A stretch of 5,223 bases of DNA from Octopus sinensis (GCF_006345805.1 NW_021830048.1:1-5223); one strand, 5' to 3'. Numbered from the stretch's first letter, positions 1-5,223 are shown. Numbers and translations are program-made. The notes: a model not told the origin generated them from the sequence alone.

Positions 1-585
1 TTGAGACAGTTGCCTCTTTCCCAGCTGAAATCTCTATCTCTGTACACCCACACTACATGGTAGCAATTGTTTGCTGACTGAACTGGGTGGTCATGGCTGT
101 TACCAGTTTGTTTGTCCATTCATTCAGCCGCGAGTGAATCACCATTGACTCAATAAATTAATTCTTGAAATACTTTACATCACCATGCTGCATCTCATGA
201 TTTCATGTACCTTGGCTCTGGAGATTACATGCTACTTACCTTGTTGCTAGGAGGCTGACAGTGTGGCTACCTCAAGGTCTACAGAGGTAGACTGGAGAAC
301 AGTAGTGGCTAAGAAGTGGTTCCACACTCCACAATCAACCCTGAAACTCCTAAACTTCTGGATGCATTTTGAAAATCATGACCAGGACATACCTTGTACA
401 TATAGCCATGCACATATGCACATATTTAGCTTACAAACGTATGATACACATATTTATACATATTCTACAAGCCTTCTCAAGTACCTAGTGCCTAGTTATA
501 ACACCTACAAGGAATGTAAACATTATCAGTGTTTTCCTCATCTTGTGATCAGTAAAGCTGTGCAGTATGACCATCCACATAGATT

Positions 586-630
586 CATATACATACACAT
601 ATGCATACACACATATGTATATACATACAT
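586..630. repeat. Degenerate (CATA)/(CA)/(TA) low-complexity tract
   Basis: catatacatacacatatgcatacacacatatgtatatacatacat read directly; it produces the H/T/Y/I-rich end of ORF 263..688. Confidence 0.65.
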
Positions 631-843
631 AAAGAAAAGGCTTCTTACTGTTTACGTCCACTATATATATGCACAAGACATTGACTGACCTGGAGCTATA
701 ATGTAAAATATCACTTGTTCAATGATGCCTGCTTAAAAGGTCATAGGAACTACCCTCCAAAGAAAAAAGGCAACTTACCAGATACATTCCATCCCACCAT
801 ATACATACGTATATACAAGAGTAATCACATAAATGCGAAACAA

Positions 844-880
844 GTATGTATGTATGTATGTATGTATGTATGTATATATG
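844..880. repeat. (TATG)n microsatellite, about 9 units
   Basis: gtatgtatg...gtatatatg read directly, immediately 5' of the LINE-like fragment. Confidence 0.97.
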
Positions 881-1290
881 GCGAACAAAGGTGTGAAGTG
901 GAGGCCCTGATACCACAAGTAAGACTCAAAAGAGATCAAAGGTAGAATGTAACGATCGAGAAGGTAAATGACAATGACCTTTCTGTGTGCACAGTCTGTG
1001 GCAGACCTTGCCTGTCTTTTGCTGGCCTCAAATCTCATCTACGAACGCATGGAAAATGAACCACCATCAACTATTCTGCTTATATATGCCATAAGGTTCG
1101 CAAATCCAACGGAGGCCTGAAGAGACATTTTAAGATCCACAAAGAGCAGAACTTATCTGCAGCTCTTGGTGGTCCAAATCGGAGGTGCAGTCTGTGTGTG
1201 GGTGTCTTTTCAGAACACTGTCTGGTTTAGAAAGCCACATCAGATGCCATGACGGTTCTAAGGTGTAGGTACAGGAGGTGGTCAAACTCT
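881..1290 (+). mobile_element. 5'-truncated RTE-like non-LTR retrotransposon (LINE) 3' end
   Basis: Decayed frame ...EALIPQVRLKRDQR*NVTIEKVNDNDLSV-CTVCGRPCLSFAGLKSHLRTH... The basic helix followed by CxxCGRxCxSxxGLxSHxRxH is the typical C-terminus of RTE-clade ORFs. A stop at 1266-1268 is followed by a ~22-nt 3' UTR (gtacaggaggtggtcaaactct) running into a tandem-repeat tail, as in RTE elements. The clade assignment is from motif recognition, not from an alignment. Confidence 0.7.
946..1268 (+). pseudogene. Disrupted triple C2H2 zinc-finger coding segment
   Basis: Finger 1, 988-1050: CTVCGRPCLSFAGLKSHLRTH. Finger 2, ~1078-1140: AYICHKVRKSNGGLKRHFKIH, first Cys missing. Finger 3, 1186-1250: CSLC in frame +1, then FRTLSGLESHIRCH in frame +3. 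Stops lie at 943-945 (TAG) and 1057-1059 (TGA), and there is a 2-nt frameshift in the TG run at ~1193-1200. Confidence 0.85.
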
Positions 1291-1372
1291 ATGTATGTAT
1301 GTATGTATGTATGTATGTATGTATGTATGTATGTATGTATGTAGTATGTATGTATGTATGCGAGTATGTATG

Positions 1373-1408
<36 letters not shown>

Positions 1409-1582
1409 TGTATGTATGTATGTATATATGTATGTATGTATATATGTATGTATGCATGCGAGTATGTATGTATATATATGTATGTATGTATGTATGCATA
1501 TATGTATGTATGTATGTATGTATGCATGCGCGTATGTATGTATGTATGTATGTGTGTGTGTGAGTATGTATGTATGTATACA
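1290..1582. repeat. Compound (TATG)n microsatellite with TA, TGCG and TG interruptions
   Basis: About 290 nt of TATG units read directly; source of the MYVC/HTYI repeat ORFs. Confidence 0.98.
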
Positions 1583-1583
1583 T

Positions 1584-2323
1584 GTGCGCAGGCGCATTAT
1601 CGTGATGGAACCACCACTCTCCACTTTGCCACAGATCAGGGGGTTTTCGTCTCATCGCGTCTCGCAAACGCTTCAGAACCGCCAAGTAAAATGTTTGGTC
1701 AGCAGTTTGACCAGGAAGAACAGATTCTGTGTGGACAATTCCTTTCGCATCGATGAACCAACTCAGCATCGTTTTGACATTGGACTTCACTTGACGCGAA
1801 TTTTGATTTGATAACTACTTCGTTTCCGGGTCGTAACCGTAGCACCAGCTTTCGTCACCTATGATGACCTTCAAAAAAAAAAAAAGATCTGGATCAACTT
1901 CCAATTGTTCTTTCAGTTCACGACACGCAGTCGTGACTTCTTTTGATCTTCCCTGAGCAAACGAGGCACAAATGTGTCTGCAACTCTTTCCATTCACAAT
2001 TCCTCACTCAAAATTCGTTGGCAGGAGCTCCAAGACACCCCATTCATATCAACAAGTTCGTCAGTTGTTCGGCGATGGCGCTCCAAGATCAGTTCATGAA
2101 TTTTCGTGATGTTTTCATTCGTTTGAGAGGTCAACAATTGCCCTGAACGACATTGGTCTTCAAGCGACAAGTGACTAAAGCATGAAATCCACTCGTAAAC
2201 TTGAGTTTCACTCAAGACAGTGTCCTTGTTAGCTGTTTGGAGCATGACAACTGTTTTGGCCACCATTTTCCCCAACAGAAAACAGAATTTCACGGAAGCA
2301 CGCCGTTCCTTCGTTTCAGCCAT
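1584..2323 (-). pseudogene. Mariner transposase pseudogene
   Basis: MAETKERRASVKFCFLLGK... (HTH region, ...EDQCRSGQ...), then *MERVADTFVPRLLREDQKKSR (FVPRLL is the WVPHEL-equivalent motif). After a frameshift at ~1925: TACRELKEQLEVDPDLFFFLKVIIGDESWCYGYDPETK* (first catalytic Asp at 1854-1856), then ...RQVKSNVKTML...WFHHDNAPAH (second Asp at 1599-1601). Stops lie at 1994-1996 and 1815-1817. YSPDL and the third Asp are absent. Confidence 0.95.
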
Positions 2324-2493
2324 CGCTAAAATTGATGAATTGGGAAGAAAAACGATACAAAACAAAGATGCACAACATGGCTGAACGATTTCACTCGACG
2401 ACGCCGGTCCGGGGACTGATGCCTGAAGGATGCATCAAGTGGCTTCTCGAAGCGGAAGTCTGAACTACAACTGGTTTGTCCCACGGAGAACGT

Positions 2494-2520
2494 TTCTGGT
2501 TACTTTTGGGTACTCTCTCT
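2494..2520 (-). repeat. Putative left terminal inverted repeat of the mariner (degenerate)
   Basis: The minus strand reads agagagagtacccaaaagtaaccagaa, similar to mariner TIRs of the tacgagggggtacccaaaa(a/g)taaccggaa type as I recall them. It sits ~200 nt upstream of the ATG. The terminal TA is not clear and there is no partner TIR to confirm it. Confidence 0.55.
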
Positions 2521-2668
2521 CATCCATCTATCCATGCACCCATCCATCCATCCATCCATCCATCCATCCATCCATCCATCCATGCACCCATCCATCCATC
2601 CATCCATCCATCCATCCATCCATGCACCCATCAATCCATCCATCCATCCATCCATCCATCCATCCATC
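2521..2668. repeat. (CATC)n microsatellite with recurring CATGCACC variant
   Basis: Read directly; source of the HPSI/MDGW repeat ORFs. Confidence 0.98.
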
Positions 2669-2674
2669 ATCACA

Positions 2675-2710
2675 CATACATACATACATGCATACATACA
2701 TACATGCATA
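2675..2710. repeat. (CATA)n microsatellite
   Basis: catacatacatacatgcatacatacatacatgcata read directly. Confidence 0.95.
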
Positions 2711-3734
2711 TGCAATCTCAGGTCATATTGCTTCTTTTTCTCCGACGGCTGATGGCAAAATTGACTTTGCTCATCAGATGTCAGCCTCAGCAGTTATGCA
2801 AATGACAATAATAAGATTGTTTTGCTGTTTACACCGGTTTTACGATAAACATATATTTGGAGACATGAGGTATTTTGCTAACGTCTTTTCGCCTTATGGA
2901 TCAAGACGAAAAATAAACGGAACTATAATAAGAAAAGGCTACAAAAACGGTTTGTTTGTTTTGTAAAATAAAAAAAAAACAAATGTTTCTGTAATGTTTT
3001 TCACGATAAACGTTTTACGTGGAATAAAACAAACGCCCTTTTTTTTTTTCATCGTTGATTCTGAAGAACAACCAAAAGAGCAGCTGTTTCCTAATACCAT
3101 AATATCGTCAGTTTACGTTAGTAATAAAGATATTTGCTTTGCAAATCCACTGCCAGCTCAGATATTCAGTATAGAATAATGCATATGAACGAATTAGGGT
3201 GAGCAAAATATAACACCATATTACGGTTATAGCAACATCAAAAGCATGACATGATGGAAGGAAAATAAATAGCAGCCTCTTTTGGTGTTGTTCAGAGTCA
3301 TTCATAACAAATGGCTTGGTCTTAATGTTTAATACAGCAAGCGAAAAAAAAATGGACAAAAAACAGCGAAAGAGAGTTTCTGTTTAATATTTATTTGGAT
3401 AAATATGTAATATCATTCATGTAAAAATATATTTATGAGTGGCAGAACTGCTGCTGACAAAGAGGTACACAAAGAAAATGACGTACGACTATGTTTTTTT
3501 AGTATTTTAGCGTTAAACTAACGAGGATTTGGTTATTAGTTTTTAGTTATCATATTTAGGAACGTGGTAGTGAAGAAGTCGGGCAGTGATGGCCGTTGAA
3601 GGAAGTGAAGTCGTTTCCGTTTAGTTATCGAACTATAGCCGTGTGTGAGATTTCAAATACATTTATGGGTTGTGTATGTGAGTATGAATAAGATCTTTCA
3701 AAAGGATGGATGAACCTGGTGTAAGTTCAACGTC

Positions 3735-3865
3735 AGCCTACCAACAGCAGGGTCCCTCAGAAATTCCGGGCTGGAATCCGGCGAGCTGGAAGACCACTGG
3801 ATGTGAGGAACCCCTTAGCTTTTGTTAAAGCACGTCTGTAGGAGAAGGTCACTGATATAAAACCA
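3735..3865 (+). mobile_element. Possible RTE-like LINE 5' UTR relic (GC-rich structured island)
   Basis: The motifs aagttcaacg (just upstream), aaattccgggctggaatcc, gagctggaagaccactgg and gtctgtaggagaagg...tgat...aaacc resemble RTE-clade 5' UTR segments as I remember them. Several stems are present. Not verified by alignment. Confidence 0.35.
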
Positions 3866-3899
3866 GAAATGTGTGTATGAAATTGCCTGCTATATATTG

Positions 3900-3901
<2 letters not shown>

Positions 3902-3987
<86 letters not shown>
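3902..3987. repeat. (GA)43 perfect dinucleotide microsatellite
   Basis: 86 nt of uninterrupted GA; gives the ERER/SLSL ORFs. Confidence 0.99.
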
Positions 3988-3989
<2 letters not shown>

Positions 3990-3990
<1 letters not shown>

Positions 3991-4009
3991 ACAGACAGAC
4001 AGACAGACA
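3990..4009. repeat. (GACA)5 microsatellite
   Basis: gacagacagacagacagaca directly after the GA array. Confidence 0.9.
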
Positions 4010-4181
4010 CACAGAGAGTGACTGGGGGTTATAGGGAATTTCTCCGTAAACATTTTTGCCGTAAGAAAATTCGTTTTAACCTTTCAACATTCAGATTATT
4101 TTATTAATTAAGCTAATTATTTATTCACATTGTTTCGAATTAACCACGGATTATCTTGGAGCTTCGAGATTTCCGTGGTAT

Positions 4182-4304
4182 CCTTTTATTCTTTTATTCT
4201 TTAATTTGTTTCAGTCATTTTGATTGCGGCCATGCTGGAGCACCGCCTTTAGTCGAGCAATTCGACTTATTCTTTGTAAGACCCCCAGGACTTATTCTCG
4301 GGTC
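4182..4304 (-). mobile_element. 3' fragment of an abundant octopus-type SINE (tail and 3' stem-loop; no tRNA head)
   Basis: cttttattcttttattc...ttgtttcagtcattttgattgcggccatgctggagcaccgcctttagtcgagcaattcgac closely matches my recollection of the reverse complement of the common Octopus SINE 3' end. It has a short tandem tail (AAAAGAAT-like on the minus strand) and stem-loops at 4226-4246 and 4252-4266. The family name is not verified. Confidence 0.75.
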
Positions 4305-4417
4305 AAGGCATAGAACACAACCTCAAATATCAACAGTGAGGCCCAACAGCATATGCTGGTTTACCCCTCCCGCATCATGCTGGTTCATTTTCGATCTCAT
4401 TGTTTCTTTATATCTGA

Positions 4418-4807
4418 CTAGCAGTATTGCCCGGCGTTGCTCGGGTTTGTAAGGGAAATAACTATATAAGCATTTTTAGAGAGTTATAGCCAAAAAATAG
4501 CAAAAAATGCATTAAAAATGGAAAAAAATTATGGTAAATATTTTTTAAATCGTTGATCATAGGAGACATTTTTAGAGAGTTACTTCCCTATATATAGCGA
4601 AAAAATGCATTAAAATGGAAAAAAATGATGGTAGATTTTTTTTAAAATCGTAGACTCATGTAGACGCGCGCTAATACCCAGAAGGCTCGATATGAATCAC
4701 GACTATAAGATACCCGGTTTTGGTTAAACTGCACCGCAAAATGTGGGAGTAGTTAGGAATCTAAATCGTAGGAGACAGACACACAACCTTACTTTTGTAT
4801 ATAAAGA
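4418..4807 (-). mobile_element. Non-autonomous Helitron (rolling-circle element), apparently full length, 390 bp
   Basis: On the minus strand the 5' end is A|TC (tctttatatac, from 4807) and the 3' end is CTAG|T (4421-4418). A GC hairpin (cccggcgttgctcggg, 4430-4445) lies 8 nt from CTAG. Insertion is between A and T with no target-site duplication. These are all canonical Helitron hallmarks; there is no coding capacity. Confidence 0.88.
4471..4665. repeat. Imperfect tandem duplication, 2 x ~96-99 nt, inside the Helitron
   Basis: catttttagagagtta starts at 4471 and at 4567. Each copy is followed by aaaaaatgcattaaaa(a)tggaaaaaaat(t/g)atggta...ttttt..aaatcgt and ends in agac. Confidence 0.92.
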
Positions 4808-5046
4808 TGTCTCAGGTACGAAACGTCGTAATAAAATCAGTGCTGGCTAAAATTTCTATAGAATATCTATAGAGATAACCATAACAGGTGATGTAGTAGC
4901 ACTGCAAACACAGTAGAACACGTCATTCACTTATAAAAACGTTTGATATACTTTGATGTATATTAGGATTGCATAATGAAAGACCGCATCCCTACAAGTC
5001 ATTAATATTTATGTAGTAGTTGTCAGGAATACGTTTAATATATAAA

Positions 5047-5084
5047 ATTGGTACAGCCAATGACGTTTACACCGCTATATATAG
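5047..5084 (+). promoter_or_regulatory. Possible CCAAT/CRE-half-site/TATA-like motif cluster
   Basis: ATTGG at 5047-5051, AGCCAATGACGT at 5055-5066, CTATATATAG at 5075-5084. Motif-only evidence; no downstream gene is visible. Confidence 0.2.
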
Positions 5085-5223
5085 TAGGTGTTTAAGCAGT
5101 GTGTTCGTGGATAATTAAGGGGTTAGATAGATGTTGATGAAGGGCAAAAAGTCCCGAAATATGGTATATATACTCGTTACCCTTTTTTCATCGTCGATCT
5201 CATTCAGTTCTATATTTAAGGGA

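Larger units (their letters stand above)
1583..2520 (-). mobile_element. 3'-truncated mariner (Tc1/mariner superfamily) DNA transposon relic
   Basis: Transposase remnants at 2323-1584, a ~200-nt leader, and a TIR-like end at ~2494-2520. The 3' part and a second TIR are not found in the window. Confidence 0.93.

Noticed and set aside
267-292. Mutually exclusive hairpins ctacctc/gaggtag and gtctac/gtagac
   Set aside because: The 6-7 bp stems are too short to distinguish from chance and there is no supporting context.
234-396. Consensus minus-strand splice donors (CAAG|GTAAGT at 240/239; AAG|GTATGT near 392)
   Set aside because: Candidate exons from upstream acceptors (e.g. 340-240, 291-240) contain stops in all frames. 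Such motifs are expected by chance, although a non-coding exon cannot be excluded.
263-688. 141-aa ORF (+)
   Set aside because: Non-ATG start, no recognisable domain, and a composition driven by CA/TA-rich low complexity.
1278-1811. ORFs of 69-177 aa with MYVC/HTYI repeats on both strands
   Set aside because: These are translations of the stop-free (TATG)n array. Only the part of ORF 1227..1790 (-) before the array is meaningful, as transposase.
1873-1885. A13 run as a retroposed poly(A) tail
   Set aside because: It lies within transposase codons, with continuous homology on both sides.
1943-2146. 67-aa ORF (+)
   Set aside because: Antisense shadow of the mariner transposase.
2430-2966. 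ORFs with HPSI/MDGW repeats
   Set aside because: Translations of the (CATC)n and (CATA)n arrays; the flanking residues have no recognisable domain.
2994-3359. 61-aa (+) and 83-aa (-) ORFs
   Set aside because: Short, F/I/L/N-rich products typical of random AT-rich DNA; no motifs.
3700-3870. HDV-like or hammerhead ribozyme
   Set aside because: I could not assemble P1/P3/L3/P1.1 or the CUGANGA...GAAA core on either strand by eye. The nearest match is CUGAGGG on the minus strand, without GAAA.
3757-4107. ORFs with poly-SL or poly-ER tracts
   Set aside because: Translations of (GA)43.
4156-4452. 98-aa ORF (+)
   Set aside because: It runs across SINE and Helitron boundaries and has a non-ATG start.
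1-5223. CRISPR array, tRNA, rRNA or prokaryotic operon
   Set aside because: There are no repeat-spacer units, no cloverleaf or A/B-box head, and no gene-dense organisation; the content is typical of a repeat-rich animal genome.

Overview
AT-rich, microsatellite-dense eukaryotic DNA with no intact host protein-coding gene that I can support. It is most likely from an octopus; this is an inference from repeats that resemble abundant Octopus SINE and Helitron families as I remember them. The window is a mosaic of decayed mobile elements: (1) a 5'-truncated RTE-like LINE 3' end (+, ~881-1290) encoding three tandem degenerate C2H2 zinc fingers and flanked on both sides by (TATG)n; (2) a 3'-truncated mariner transposon (-, ~1583-2520) with a pseudogenised transposase and one TIR-like end; (3) a GC-rich, multi-stem island (~3735-3865) resembling an RTE 5' UTR; (4) a rearranged SINE 3' fragment (-, ~4182-4304); (5) an apparently complete 390-bp non-autonomous Helitron (-, 4418-4807) with an internal tandem duplication. 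(TATG)n, (CATC)n, (CATA)n, (GA)n and (GACA)n arrays account for most ORFs in the supplied track. I see no clear evidence of a new biological system. The triple-finger LINE terminus and the structured island are the best leads.
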